Source: an uncultured virus (IMG/VR IMGVR_UViG_3300043496_000149)
Taxonomy: Duplodnaviria > Heunggongvirae > Uroviricota > Caudoviricetes
Strand: one strand, 5' to 3'
Length of the DNA stretch: 64,000 nucleotides
IMG/VR virus record: IMGVR_UViG_3300043496_000149
Part shown: in pieces, positions 40,277-50,267 of the stretch
Position numbering within the stretch: position 1 is the first letter of the stretch
Layout of the letters: every line of letters starts with the position of its first letter
The notes under the pieces: generated by a model
The model's database searches: none
Seen by the model: only the letters and a program-made list of their open reading frames with translations
Told to the model about the DNA's origin: nothing
Made by a program: the position numbers and the translations under genes

Positions 40277-41245
40277 TTGGATATCCACATGGAGTATAAA
40301 TCTTCATCTACCAGTGGACAATCATGGTATTTTACTGATCCAGATGATTCTAGACTTAATATAGTTCCTCCAAATCGTGGTAATGTTTTGGTGGATGAAA
40401 ATAATACTAATAGGATAATAACAGGTGGTGGTGGGGTAACGGATAACGGTGATATTGTTACTTTATTTGAAATTTTTACCAACTCTGCATATAATGAAAC
40501 AAAAATATCACAAAGTCATATAAAATACAAGGCTCAAAACGCTATAATGGAACAGACAACCGATTGGACTAATTTTGAAGTGACATTATACGCAGAATTT
40601 ATGTCTGTAAATTCCAATTCAGAGATTGCTATCTTTGGTAGGTCAGGTAGACATATCAAAGGTCGTGCTTGTGAAGGTACTTTTTATCGTGTAGTTGTAA
40701 AGGCCGATGGTAATATGAAATGTGACTCAAAACACTGGCATCCTGGAGGCACCGATATAATTGAACCAAGAGGGGGAGCATTAGGAGATCTAGAACTAAC
40801 CCGTATAGGTATAAAATTTATAGTGTTTACCAATAAAGACGGTAATACAGCTACTATACGGTGTCTAGTAGATATGAGTGGTAATAATTCATGGACTGAA
40901 ATGTCTTATATTATTGATAATGGTTCTTTAACTTCTAGTAATTCTTATTTGCGGTGCGGAGACGAAACCACAAAGGTAATCACTTGGGGTGGTCCTATTA
41001 TTGGTGTGGAAGTACGTAATTTTCCTACAAATGGTATTGCTATTGATAAATGGTCTGTTAGAGAAATAGATGCATTATCTGCAAAGGTAACTATACCCAC
41101 ACCTGCCGTTCCTTTCGATCCTGAAGCCGTCTCAGCACCTATTATGCCTCCTTCCACAGGATATAGAACAAATTTGACAGATACTCAAGATGATGATATT
41201 TATGATCCTCCTGTTTGGGGTGATCCTGGAGATAACCCTCCATAA
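40277..41245 (+). CDS. Thaumarchaeal-type lectin/carbohydrate-binding-like protein
   Basis: WTNFEVTLY...GRSGRH...CEGTFY...KHWH...RIGIKFIV...NNSW...CG...ITWGGP...SVREI, a pattern I recall from Nitrososphaeraceae surface proteins. Confidence 0.6.
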   Translation: MDIHMEYKSSSTSGQSWYFTDPDDSRLNIVPPNRGNVLVDENNTNRIITGGGGVTDNGDIVTLFEIFTNSAYNETKISQSHIKYKAQNAIMEQTTDWTNFEVTLYAEFMSVNSNSEIAIFGRSGRHIKGRACEGTFYRVVVKADGNMKCDSKHWHPGGTDIIEPRGGALGDLELTRIGIKFIVFTNKDGNTATIRCLVDMSGNNSWTEMSYIIDNGSLTSSNSYLRCGDETTKVITWGGPIIGVEVRNFPTNGIAIDKWSVREIDALSAKVTIPTPAVPFDPEAVSAPIMPPSTGYRTNLTDTQDDDIYDPPVWGDPGDNPP

Positions 41246-41259
41246 TATAATAGGGGTGA

Positions 41260-42849
41260 ATTGACGTAGGGGCTAAAGATACAAATGGGGTCATAGCAAG
41301 ATATGGCACCGGTTCAGTAAGATATGATCATAGTAAGAACTTTAGAGATGATGGTAAACGATTTGACTTTTCCATAAACAGTTCCGATTATGCTTCCTGT
41401 GAATTATATGGATATTTTGCATGTGATAACCCACCTGATGACGAATGCTCAGGAAAGATGGGAGGAGGAAAACATTCTGGTTCAAATACAGTAAATTGCT
41501 ATGATATTGGTGTAGATCTGAATAATGGTGATACCAGATATAGGACTGAATCCCAACATCCAAATTATTCTGGTGGTAAAGCAGGCGGTAAAGGCTTTGC
41601 AATGACCTCAAAATTCCTTGGATATCTATATGTAAAGAGGAATGTTAGCGGTGCGGTATTACTTGAGGTTTGGCAAGACAATGGTAACAATGAATCAACT
41701 CCTTCTAATCAGTGGAAGAAAGTAAGTTCATGGCGTGTTACTTCTCCGTTATGGCAAACTCCACCTTCTGACCATCAGGAAACAATCCGTATAGATGGAC
41801 CTGGAGGAGTACCTAATTTACGTTATAAATGGATTGGATTACGAAAGATTGAAAGTGGTGACTCTGAAACTCCTACTGGTGATGTTCCAGGGACAGGTGG
41901 AGGTACTGGCGGTGGCGGAGGAACACCTACCCCAGATCCATCTACACCTCCGCCAGTTGTAGACCAAGGTGTTGATTTAGGAACCATACAGTTTGTACCA
42001 CTTGATCTAAATGGTGATGGGGTGGTTGAAGGATACGATGGTAACAGAGATGGTAGATCTGATGGTTACGATACCAATAATGACGGTATAATCGATGCAC
42101 TAGATGTTTATGGAACAGGTAGACCTAATGCTTGGGATACAGATGGAGATGGTATTACTGATGCCTACGATACCAATGGTGATGGAGTTATAGATAAGAG
42201 GGGAGGTGGACCTGGTCTAAACACTTCCGGTCCTGGTGGTATTAATTCACCGGATGGAACTACTGCCCCTCCCGCGCCAAACTATGTTACAAGAAAACTA
42301 ACTGTTATGTGGGCCATAGATACCATTAATCAGGATGCATGTTCCGTTTCCTCACCGTTTGAAGACAAAGAGTTACAACTAATATTTGAAGCACCTCCAG
42401 ATAACATCTATGCTGATACTTCTAACTATAGAAAAATAGGTATTATGGCTAATCTTTCAACGTCGGTGCTCATAGGAAAGAGAGTTAGAAGGGTTGAGTG
42501 TACTATGAAGAGATTCGGTGTAGGCACCATCACAGGATTAATGTATTGTAGAATCAGAAGTCCCAATGGTACTATAGTAGAACAGTCCACTGATACAGTA
42601 GATACTGCAAGTCTTACAACCTCAGATGTTGTAAAAACATTCAATATTGCAACTCCACAACACACGATAGAAGCAAAAGATGTATTATATATAGAATTTC
42701 CAGAAGGTGGGGACCCAAGTAACTATGTTCGTGTAAAGATAACGAACACGGATAAAGCAGATGGTGCTAATACATGTTTGGTAACAGATGATGGTGCAAA
42801 GACTCTTGCAAACGTTGATAAAGACTGTGCTCTGAAAGTTTACATCTAA
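41260..42849 (+). CDS. Adhesin-like protein: lectin-like domain, G/P linker, DxNxDG Ca-binding repeats, C-terminal beta-sandwich; non-canonical start
   Basis: Open frame extends 66 codons upstream of the ATG at 41458 with homologous sequence; six D-x-[DN]-x-DG-type units. Confidence 0.65.
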   Translation: MDVGAKDTNGVIARYGTGSVRYDHSKNFRDDGKRFDFSINSSDYASCELYGYFACDNPPDDECSGKMGGGKHSGSNTVNCYDIGVDLNNGDTRYRTESQHPNYSGGKAGGKGFAMTSKFLGYLYVKRNVSGAVLLEVWQDNGNNESTPSNQWKKVSSWRVTSPLWQTPPSDHQETIRIDGPGGVPNLRYKWIGLRKIESGDSETPTGDVPGTGGGTGGGGGTPTPDPSTPPPVVDQGVDLGTIQFVPLDLNGDGVVEGYDGNRDGRSDGYDTNNDGIIDALDVYGTGRPNAWDTDGDGITDAYDTNGDGVIDKRGGGPGLNTSGPGGINSPDGTTAPPAPNYVTRKLTVMWAIDTINQDACSVSSPFEDKELQLIFEAPPDNIYADTSNYRKIGIMANLSTSVLIGKRVRRVECTMKRFGVGTITGLMYCRIRSPNGTIVEQSTDTVDTASLTTSDVVKTFNIATPQHTIEAKDVLYIEFPEGGDPSNYVRVKITNTDKADGANTCLVTDDGAKTLANVDKDCALKVYI

Positions 42850-44478
42850 TCAAACATTCAGAGTCTTTTTTATCTCTATTGGATAGTTGTTTATAGACAG
42901 TCTTAATGCATCTAGCAAGTCATCATGCGAAGTACGTTCTTTATCGATCCTCTCATTAATAACATAACATGATTTCATACAATCTATGACATTTCTTTGT
43001 CTCTCATGAATAACCATCAATCCACTATCAACTAACTCCTTTAGTGAATACATCATCTCTCTAGATTTAACATTGAATTGTACCGGACATATTACCATAT
43101 TTCCATGATAGATCTTTCTTTCTAATTCTTTCTTTTCTATATCACCATATTTTGACTTTTCACCAATAGCCATTTTCAATGCTCTTACTAGAGACGGATT
43201 TGAGCCATCTACGAATACTTTAGTTGTGTTTGTCTTACTGATCATTACTGAAATGATATCTACCAATTCATTAAAGTCTGGTTGGATTAGTTCTTCAGCA
43301 TATAACACTTCTATACGACCATTTCTAAACTGTGTAAGACAGAGTCCGGTATAGGATCCAACTCCGGCCTTTGGATTTCTACCAAACCCTGGATCTATAC
43401 CCAATGATCTTGCAATATAACTAGGACCATCATTGTTTTCATAGTCTATTGCTGAATAGGTGTAGTACGGTGCGAACTGGATTGAGTCTGCTTCTGCTTG
43501 GGTTAAAACATTTCTCATTATTGCTTTTTCGGAGAATAAATTGCCTACTGACCCACCAAATTGAAGATTATATTCCTGTTGGAAGGAATTAGAACCCATC
43601 TGGTCTGTAATTTCCTTTCTGGTGAAGATCGTTCCTTCACCCCATCTATAATCAAACTCATAACGTTTGTAAATACATTGATCCTCTGTTTGTTCTCTAA
43701 ATAGTTCATAAAACAACCCATAAGGCTTGTCTGGTGTCGAAACAAGGTAAACAAATGGATTAGTTTTGGCAATATAACGTTCTATGACGGTTCTAATGGT
43801 TTTTTGTAATGATTTTCTGAAAAAATCGGCTTCATCAACAAAAACAAAGGCCAAATTATGAAAAGAACGCATTGCATCAAGGTTTACAGCCGGATATGCT
43901 TCAATAAGTACATGGTTTACCATTGTTCTTGCCTTTGCAGCCTTAATTCCCAAGAATGGGAACCTACGAAATAGGTTTACAAACCGATCTATGACACCTT
44001 CAGCGATATTCATACGGATACCAGCTATAATTGCGAATCTTGCACCATGATACTTACTACTTACTACAGCCAACCAGGCCATTACCCTGATAATATACTC
44101 TGTCATACCAATTCCCGTGGCTTTGAGCACCGCAAAAAGACGTTGAGGAGATCCTCCTTTCAGACTTTTCTCAAAATCATCCCATAATACTTTCTCATAT
44201 TCAAAAAATGGAAATACTTTACCATGTTTCTCCGGCATTCCAATAAAATGATTAAAACAACATCTACTGTTAGTCTGATCATAGAGTTTTAGGTGCTCTT
44301 CTCTGGTTAAATCAAATCTATAGAAAGGTAATCCATAGAATATCTTGAATGGATTGTCTAAAATATCCTTGTTTACTAGATATCTTTTCTCTAAGAATTT
44401 GTATAGTTGTTTATATTTATTATTTGAAGCAAATAACTCATCTAATTCATCTATTTTATGTGTCGGTGCCTGAGCCAT
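42850..44478 (-). CDS. Terminase large subunit
   Basis: VLKATGIGMTE (Walker A region), FVDEADF (Walker B), VSTP, FQQEY, LGIDPGFG, HDDLLDALRL (RNase H-fold nuclease). Confidence 0.88.
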   Translation of the reverse strand: MAQAPTHKIDELDELFASNNKYKQLYKFLEKRYLVNKDILDNPFKIFYGLPFYRFDLTREEHLKLYDQTNSRCCFNHFIGMPEKHGKVFPFFEYEKVLWDDFEKSLKGGSPQRLFAVLKATGIGMTEYIIRVMAWLAVVSSKYHGARFAIIAGIRMNIAEGVIDRFVNLFRRFPFLGIKAAKARTMVNHVLIEAYPAVNLDAMRSFHNLAFVFVDEADFFRKSLQKTIRTVIERYIAKTNPFVYLVSTPDKPYGLFYELFREQTEDQCIYKRYEFDYRWGEGTIFTRKEITDQMGSNSFQQEYNLQFGGSVGNLFSEKAIMRNVLTQAEADSIQFAPYYTYSAIDYENNDGPSYIARSLGIDPGFGRNPKAGVGSYTGLCLTQFRNGRIEVLYAEELIQPDFNELVDIISVMISKTNTTKVFVDGSNPSLVRALKMAIGEKSKYGDIEKKELERKIYHGNMVICPVQFNVKSREMMYSLKELVDSGLMVIHERQRNVIDCMKSCYVINERIDKERTSHDDLLDALRLSINNYPIEIKKTLNV

Positions 44479-44488
44479 CTTTGCCTAC

Positions 44489-44797
44489 TCACTTCCTCCT
44501 AAAAAATATATAATTATTATCCTCTGAAGTAGGTTTTATCATTAAAAGGGATCTATGTGTTCCTACTCCCCTATCTTCTTCTATAATAAAATCTTCACCA
44601 AACTGATTAATCTGTTCTTCTGTTAATATTATATGGTATAGGTTCTTAATCTTGTTTAGGGATACTTCCTGGGTATAGCAATCACCTGTAAATGGACTAC
44701 ATTTGTATTTTTGGGCTAATTTATGTAATAAATCCCTTTCTTCTGTATGATAGGTTATTTTTGCCTTTTGGTCTTCTATATTCTTATATTTAGGCAA
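44489..44797 (-). CDS. Hypothetical protein
   Basis: 102 aa upstream of TerL. Confidence 0.55.
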   Translation of the reverse strand: MPKYKNIEDQKAKITYHTEERDLLHKLAQKYKCSPFTGDCYTQEVSLNKIKNLYHIILTEEQINQFGEDFIIEEDRGVGTHRSLLMIKPTSEDNNYIFFRRK

Positions 44798-45407
44798 CTC
44801 TGTTATTCTCCAACTCTTTCTTGTCTATTGCTTCATCAATTAACTTATTTACATCGGTTTTCTGGTCCTTTATCATCAAACTGGTCTTTTTGTTTAATTC
44901 AATGGCAGAAGAAGCAGGAGGATTATCTAAATCTATATTCTTTGTATTCTCAAAAACATTCCTTGTCTTTGTAAGGAATGCAATATTTGTTACAATGGTA
45001 TCCTTTGCTGCTATGATATTCTTTAAGGTATTTGACATTGCCAAAATCATATTTCTATTCTTTAGTTCCCCTTGCTTCACCGCTTCTTCAAGTATCATAG
45101 AATAGATAATTGCTTGTACTGTTGATAGTTGTTCCTGATTATTCATAGAATCCACATATAACCCTATTTTTACCATATGTTCCATGTGTTTATCTACTTC
45201 AATCTGTTGTTCTCTTACCTCTTTTTTTGCCATTTCTACTAATTCACCTAACTGTCCTTCAGAAATTTCTCTACCAGTATGGAAATTAATAGCATCTATA
45301 ATTGCCTTATTGTTTAATTTCATCAATTTACTTGTCTTTATAATATCAAGTACCTCACCCGTTTTCTCACGTTTTGACAGAGCAGTAGTGTTTTTAGAAG
45401 GCAACAT
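44790..45407 (-). CDS. Helical protein, candidate terminase small subunit
   Basis: N-terminal HTH-like and coiled-coil organisation; upstream of TerL on the same strand (positional inference only). Confidence 0.4.
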   Translation of the reverse strand: MLPSKNTTALSKREKTGEVLDIIKTSKLMKLNNKAIIDAINFHTGREISEGQLGELVEMAKKEVREQQIEVDKHMEHMVKIGLYVDSMNNQEQLSTVQAIIYSMILEEAVKQGELKNRNMILAMSNTLKNIIAAKDTIVTNIAFLTKTRNVFENTKNIDLDNPPASSAIELNKKTSLMIKDQKTDVNKLIDEAIDKKELENNRVA

Positions 45408-45457
45408 AGATATATAACATTAGTAACTTAAAAAGAGTTAGGGTTAAATTAGGGTAT

Positions 45458-45862
45458 TTGACCTATAAGATACATATGGACCGACTAAAATTAGAGAAAT
45501 TATTACTTAAAGGTGATAAGGCTGTAAATGATAATACGAAATTGTCATTGTTTTTTAACAATTCATCAATGGCTAGAATGTTGGATGTTCTTTTAAACAA
45601 TCCTGACTTAAAAATGACTATTGAAGATATTTTATACAAGGCAGGTCTGTCTAGAAAGGCAATTCAGGTAAATATGCCACTTTTAACTGAAAACAACTTG
45701 TTAATTGAAGAAATATATAGACCATACAAGTTTTATAGACTAAATAAGAAAAATTCTTTGGTAAAACAAATAACCAAGTTTAGAGATATATTGCTTGTAA
45801 ATAATGTCTTTATCGAGAAAAGAGGACCAAGAAAACCAGACCAAAAAAAGAGTAATAGATGA
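45458..45862 (+). CDS. Winged-HTH transcription regulator
   Basis: RMLDVLL...MTIEDILYKAGLSRKAI...L....L...YRLN. Confidence 0.7.
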   Translation: MTYKIHMDRLKLEKLLLKGDKAVNDNTKLSLFFNNSSMARMLDVLLNNPDLKMTIEDILYKAGLSRKAIQVNMPLLTENNLLIEEIYRPYKFYRLNKKNSLVKQITKFRDILLVNNVFIEKRGPRKPDQKKSNR

Positions 45863-46283
45863 ATCAACACTGGACTTTCAAAAGGTAGCAGGCCCAGACA
45901 ACCAAAAAATACAAAACGGTCAATTCAAGAAAAATCTACATATAAGAAATAGCACTGTTGATTTAATTAATATGATAATACCAAGAGGTATTACTATCAA
46001 ACCCTATGGACAGAATATTCATAAAAATAGGCTTATTGAAGGTACGTTAGTAACCGTTTATTGTAATAACAAAAATCCAAATGAATTCTGTAAAAGAGAC
46101 TCTAGAGATTTAAATAATTTTATTAATACTAAACTTGATGTTATTAGAGATAATCCTTATGAACTTAATCAATTGGAGGAGAATGCGTACACGAAGATTG
46201 TTACGGAAATAGATAATGAAGAAAAGGCTGATAAGGGATTTAATTTTGTTAAAGAAGGAAATAAGATTTATGGTCAACTTTAG
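45804..46283 (+). CDS. Hypothetical protein
   Basis: 159-aa ORF. Confidence 0.55.
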   Translation: MSLSRKEDQENQTKKRVIDESTLDFQKVAGPDNQKIQNGQFKKNLHIRNSTVDLINMIIPRGITIKPYGQNIHKNRLIEGTLVTVYCNNKNPNEFCKRDSRDLNNFINTKLDVIRDNPYELNQLEENAYTKIVTEIDNEEKADKGFNFVKEGNKIYGQL

Positions 46284-46320
46284 CGAAAACTTATATAACC
46301 ATCCCTTTAAATAGGGGTTA

Positions 46321-46590
46321 TTGTCTTTAAATAAAAAACAAAATGTAGAAGTTGTATTAGCAGCAGGTGGGTCACCAGAACAACAACCAACAGATCCAAA
46401 ATTATACAAACAAAATCTAAAAAATAGAATTACTACTTTGAAATCACAACAAAAAGACACTCAAGGTACCATCAAGGCATTAGAAAGAGAATTAAATAAA
46501 TTATCCAGTAAATCAAAGAAAGTAGCAGCACCAAAGAAAGAATTAAAAGTAGTTAATAAGGGAAAGAACAACAAGACTGGTAAGAAGTAA
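46321..46590 (+). CDS. Basic coiled-coil protein
   Basis: 89 aa, K-rich; TATA-like element upstream. Confidence 0.5.
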   Translation: MSLNKKQNVEVVLAAGGSPEQQPTDPKLYKQNLKNRITTLKSQQKDTQGTIKALERELNKLSSKSKKVAAPKKELKVVNKGKNNKTGKK

Positions 46591-46780
46591 AATCTCCTAC
46601 CTGAATAAATTTTATCTTATTTTCATCTCTTAATTTTTTTAGTTTAAAATGTAAAAGATTTGGTTCTATCGTTATACCCATTTCTTTTTCAAGACTATAT
46701 TTTAGGTTATTCCATGTCGTTCCGTGAACAACTTCACATTCCTTTAAATGATATAGGATTCGATTTTCAAAAGAGTCCAT
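46553..46780 (-). CDS. Small winged-helix-like protein
   Basis: ILYHL...TWNNLKYSL...LHFKLKKL...KI. Confidence 0.5.
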   Translation of the reverse strand: MDSFENRILYHLKECEVVHGTTWNNLKYSLEKEMGITIEPNLLHFKLKKLRDENKIKFIQVGDFTSYQSCCSFPY

Positions 46781-46795
46781 TATATATTATTATTT

Positions 46796-47203
46796 TTACT
46801 TCTTTGTTAATGTTATCTTCATCTGATCTATGTCATTGCCATATTGTCCTGTGATCTTATATGGTTCTATCTTTTCTATATTATAACTGTCCATTGTCTT
46901 TGCAATATCAAAACATATGTTTTGATCATAATATGGTAGTCCTAACTCTTCTAATCCTTTAGTATCAAATACCACAATCGAGGCATCGGGCATAGTCTCT
47001 GTTGCTGATATACATCCGTTTTCTATCAAATCTTCGTAGGGTGTATTCGGTTCAGTATGGATATACCCTGGATCCAATGGTTTTAATCCATATACAGATG
47101 TCATTATTGCCCCTGTGAGTAGAAATATGGTGCTGAAAGCAACTAATGCTACAATCACTGCTAATCTTATTTTTGTTTTTCTATTTGAAATATTTAATTC
47201 CAT
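46796..47203 (-). CDS. Membrane-anchored protein
   Basis: N-terminal TM helix. Confidence 0.55.
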   Translation of the reverse strand: MELNISNRKTKIRLAVIVALVAFSTIFLLTGAIMTSVYGLKPLDPGYIHTEPNTPYEDLIENGCISATETMPDASIVVFDTKGLEELGLPYYDQNICFDIAKTMDSYNIEKIEPYKITGQYGNDIDQMKITLTKK

Positions 47204-47300
47204 TATATCTTTATTTAACCTATGAGTGCAATATATACCTTTATATTATTTTCCGAAACAATATTATACTTCTTATGACTTCATACCGTTAGTTATATTT

Positions 47301-47891
47301 ATGAAAACTGTTGTAATTTGTGGGATCGATTCCGTGGGGAAAAGTACGGAGATAGCCAATTTACCTTGGAAAAATACCAGAAAATATCCTAATAATGAAG
47401 AAATTAAAGAGCAGATAAATAATTTATATAGAGTACTAGCTAATGATGATAAATTACATGAGAATATAGTACATAACATCTATAGACAGATACATGATCT
47501 TTATGATAGAGATTTTAGGATAGATTATGCGGTGCCTGAAGGAGAGAAGGTGTTTATATTTGACAGATATTTCATTGACAATGTTGTTTATAGTAGGATG
47601 AACGGTTGTGAAAAGGCTTCGTATTCTGAAGACCATCGTTATATTCCTGATCTGGTAATAATGCTTAGAGCACGTAATTATCCTGTTTGGAAGGAGAAAT
47701 TTATTCTAAAAGGTGATGAAAACATCAGAGAACCGGCTGTATTATTTGAACAGGTTCAGAAAGAATTACAGAAAGTGTTAAAAGAATTACAGGAGAGTGG
47801 AAAAATAAAAAGATATACGATAATTGAAGCCTTATCTCCGGATACTAATCAGAAGATAGTTGATGTTATCAAGTCTTTACTTTCTTCTTAG
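47301..47891 (+). CDS. Thymidylate/deoxynucleoside monophosphate kinase-like protein
   Basis: P-loop GIDSVGKST, FIFDRY, PDLVIML; start reassigned to MKTVVIC. Confidence 0.78.
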   Translation: MKTVVICGIDSVGKSTEIANLPWKNTRKYPNNEEIKEQINNLYRVLANDDKLHENIVHNIYRQIHDLYDRDFRIDYAVPEGEKVFIFDRYFIDNVVYSRMNGCEKASYSEDHRYIPDLVIMLRARNYPVWKEKFILKGDENIREPAVLFEQVQKELQKVLKELQESGKIKRYTIIEALSPDTNQKIVDVIKSLLSS

Positions 47892-48057
47892 TTTGTGTTA
47901 CTTTCCATAATCCTGGTCCTGCTGGTATCTCGTTATTAAATTCTGGGAACACCTCATCCCTTCGAGCACCGACATCAATCATCTCTCCATCTATACTAAT
48001 CCTAACATCTTTAGGGTCAAATCGTAATTTAAAATCTCCAAAATCTATTAAAGTCAT
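47869..48057 (-). CDS. Small hypothetical protein
   Basis: 62-aa ORF. Confidence 0.45.
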   Translation of the reverse strand: MTLIDFGDFKLRFDPKDVRISIDGEMIDVGARRDEVFPEFNNEIPAGPGLWKVTQTKKKVKT

Positions 48058-48080
48058 GTCGTTAAAAACTAAAAAAAAGA

Positions 48081-48272
48081 TTAAACTGGCTTTGCTGGTT
48101 TAACCTTCAATGGCTTGATTGGCTTGTCTGGTTTGTCTTTTACCGGTTTATCTTTTATCGGCTTGTCTGGTTTGTCATCTGCTATTTGTGCTACTGCTGA
48201 TCCTTGGGCTATTGAAAATCCAGTCACCAAGATTGCTGCGAGCAATGCTATTACAAAGAGTTGTTTATTCAT
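48081..48272 (-). CDS. Small secreted protein with KP[DIV]K repeats
   Basis: Signal peptide then DKPDKPIKDKPVKDKPDKPIKP. Confidence 0.6.
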   Translation of the reverse strand: MNKQLFVIALLAAILVTGFSIAQGSAVAQIADDKPDKPIKDKPVKDKPDKPIKPLKVKPAKPV

Positions 48273-48367
48273 TTTGTAATTTTATTATGTTGTAAAGACT
48301 ATATGAACTTTGATATTCTTATGCAAAACCGAATTCATATGTTTAAATTGTGTTGTAAGGGTTGAAA

Positions 48368-48556
48368 TCATTTCATATCATTACTGCCATTAAATGCCCT
48401 TTTTAATTGATTTTGATGTCTTTGTTCTTCATCTGTAAGAACGGTGCTTGAAGACTTCTTCTTACTCCCACCGACCGGATTCTTACGATTCCAGATATTG
48501 AAGGTTATCGCTATTACCGCACCGACTATGAGTATTACAATCATCCATAATTCCAA
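48368..48556 (-). CDS. Small membrane protein, paralog of 58334..58546
   Basis: IVIL.V...AI.FNIWN.K shared between the two genes. Confidence 0.6.
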   Translation of the reverse strand: MELWMIVILIVGAVIAITFNIWNRKNPVGGSKKKSSSTVLTDEEQRHQNQLKRAFNGSNDMK

Positions 48557-48562
48557 TATTAT

Positions 48563-48772
48563 TCACTCAAATCCTGCAAATGCATGGTCTTCAGTAAGAA
48601 TCCAAGCTTCGAAACCGCCGAGTGTTTTCAGCACCGACAAACCTGCCATTCTAAATTCTGCGTCTTTAAGATGTTTTTTAATTGCTTGTTGTAGTTCTTC
48701 AGAACTATCCCTTTCTATAACTAAAAGTTTTTGCATATCAACTTTAAAAGAAAACATCATCGATATATACAT
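48563..48772 (-). CDS. Small hypothetical protein
   Basis: Small ORF in operon. Confidence 0.45.
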   Translation of the reverse strand: MYISMMFSFKVDMQKLLVIERDSSEELQQAIKKHLKDAEFRMAGLSVLKTLGGFEAWILTEDHAFAGFE

Positions 48773-48995
48773 AGCTTTTCTTCGTTCAAGTAAACACCGT
48801 ATAAAAAATCAAACTATATAAGACTGTAATAGGAATAAAATAGATTATTGAGTTTAGATAATGAAGAATTACAAAGAAAATTAGAGGGTTTAAGAAAGAA
48901 ATGAATAAATTAATTAGAATAAAATGTCAAAATTGTGGTGAATGGAAGAATCTAAAGGTCATACGTGGTTCTAAACAAAAAAAGGTATGTAATCA

Positions 48996-49202
48996 ATGTC
49001 TGCATCCAGAGATGTACGACCAACAAGGATTCCTGTTATAATCTATGATAAGAAGAAGTTACATGAAGACTTTATGCATACGATGCAAAGGATAAATCAC
49101 AGATATTTTCTGAAATTAAAGAAAGATGAACCAATGATTATGTTAAAACATAGTTTGATATTTGATGGTAGGTTTTATGGTGCTGAAAACCTAGAGTCCT
49201 AA
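48996..49202 (+). CDS. Small hypothetical protein
   Basis: 68-aa ORF. Confidence 0.45.
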   Translation: MSASRDVRPTRIPVIIYDKKKLHEDFMHTMQRINHRYFLKLKKDEPMIMLKHSLIFDGRFYGAENLES

Positions 49203-49892
49203 TCTAATCCTACATGCTTCAACAGTCTCTAAATTAATATCGATACCAATAAAGTCTCTGTTCATTTTCTTAGCAACTACTCCAACCTTACCACTACCAC
49301 ATAAAGGATCTAATATTATACCTCCTTTCGGGACTGTTGTATCGATTACCATCTCGGATAACTGATATGGTAAACCGGAATCGAATTCATTCGTATAATA
49401 CGTATCCTCCAATGGGTAACTAAATACTGATGTTTTAACATACTTACTTTTCTCGTTAAAGTAAAAATGATCTTCATCAATTATAAAATGAAATATCATT
49501 TCCCAATTCTTTATAAATCCTGCTTCTGGTTTCCGCGGTTTTCTATTAGTTTCTGTACGGTGCCAAATAAGCCTATCATTTAGAGTCCAACCACCTGTTT
49601 TTACCATTAACATCTCAAAATAAGATGGAATTGAAGCCAAGTTACCAAATGGAGTAAAAACATCAGGAACCTGAACGAATAAATTACCACTTTTCTTTAA
49701 TACACCAAAAGAAGAATTACATATTTTTATTATAGAGTCAATATAATCTACAATTTTATGTTCACCACCTACATAATCAGGTTCATTTTCATAATAACCA
49801 AATGGACTAGGACACATATACACCGTATCAATGGTCTCTTTTTCCATTTCTTTCAGCACCGAAATAGAATCTCCATGTAAAACCTGTATCAT
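49191..49892 (-). CDS. Beta-class N4-C/N6-A DNA methyltransferase with atypical motif IV
   Basis: HGDSISVL...IDTVYMCPSPF (canonical [DS]PPY), VLKKSGNL, LIWH, ILDPLCGSG, RDFIGIDIN. Confidence 0.8.
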   Translation of the reverse strand: MIQVLHGDSISVLKEMEKETIDTVYMCPSPFGYYENEPDYVGGEHKIVDYIDSIIKICNSSFGVLKKSGNLFVQVPDVFTPFGNLASIPSYFEMLMVKTGGWTLNDRLIWHRTETNRKPRKPEAGFIKNWEMIFHFIIDEDHFYFNEKSKYVKTSVFSYPLEDTYYTNEFDSGLPYQLSEMVIDTTVPKGGIILDPLCGSGKVGVVAKKMNRDFIGIDINLETVEACRIRLGL

Positions 49893-49943
49893 GAACCAAC
49901 TATCTATAGAGAATAATAAATAGTTTGATATATTCTTACAAAT

Positions 49944-50213
49944 ATGACAAACGATCAGCAAAAAAAACTACTTGAGGAGATTAAAAATGAACTAGCTTTT
50001 AGTTTGAATAGAATGAATCAGATAGTAGAATTATTGGATGTGATTGTAGAAGATAATACTGCAGAGAAAGAAGCAAAACTTAGATTCATAGAGGAAATAT
50101 TAAAAAGTCAAAAAAAAATCGGTAGTGGTGGTGCCAGAGGCAAGGGTGGAAAAGGAGGTGATATAGGAGGATATAATGGTGCTGACGGGGAAGATGGTAA
50201 AGATACTAAATAA
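49944..50213 (+). CDS. Coiled-coil protein with Gly-rich tail
   Basis: 89 aa. Confidence 0.5.
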   Translation: MTNDQQKKLLEEIKNELAFSLNRMNQIVELLDVIVEDNTAEKEAKLRFIEEILKSQKKIGSGGARGKGGKGGDIGGYNGADGEDGKDTK

Positions 50214-50267
50214 AAAGTCTTGAATAATATCAAGGTATATATTTCCATATAAAATTATCATAGATAT

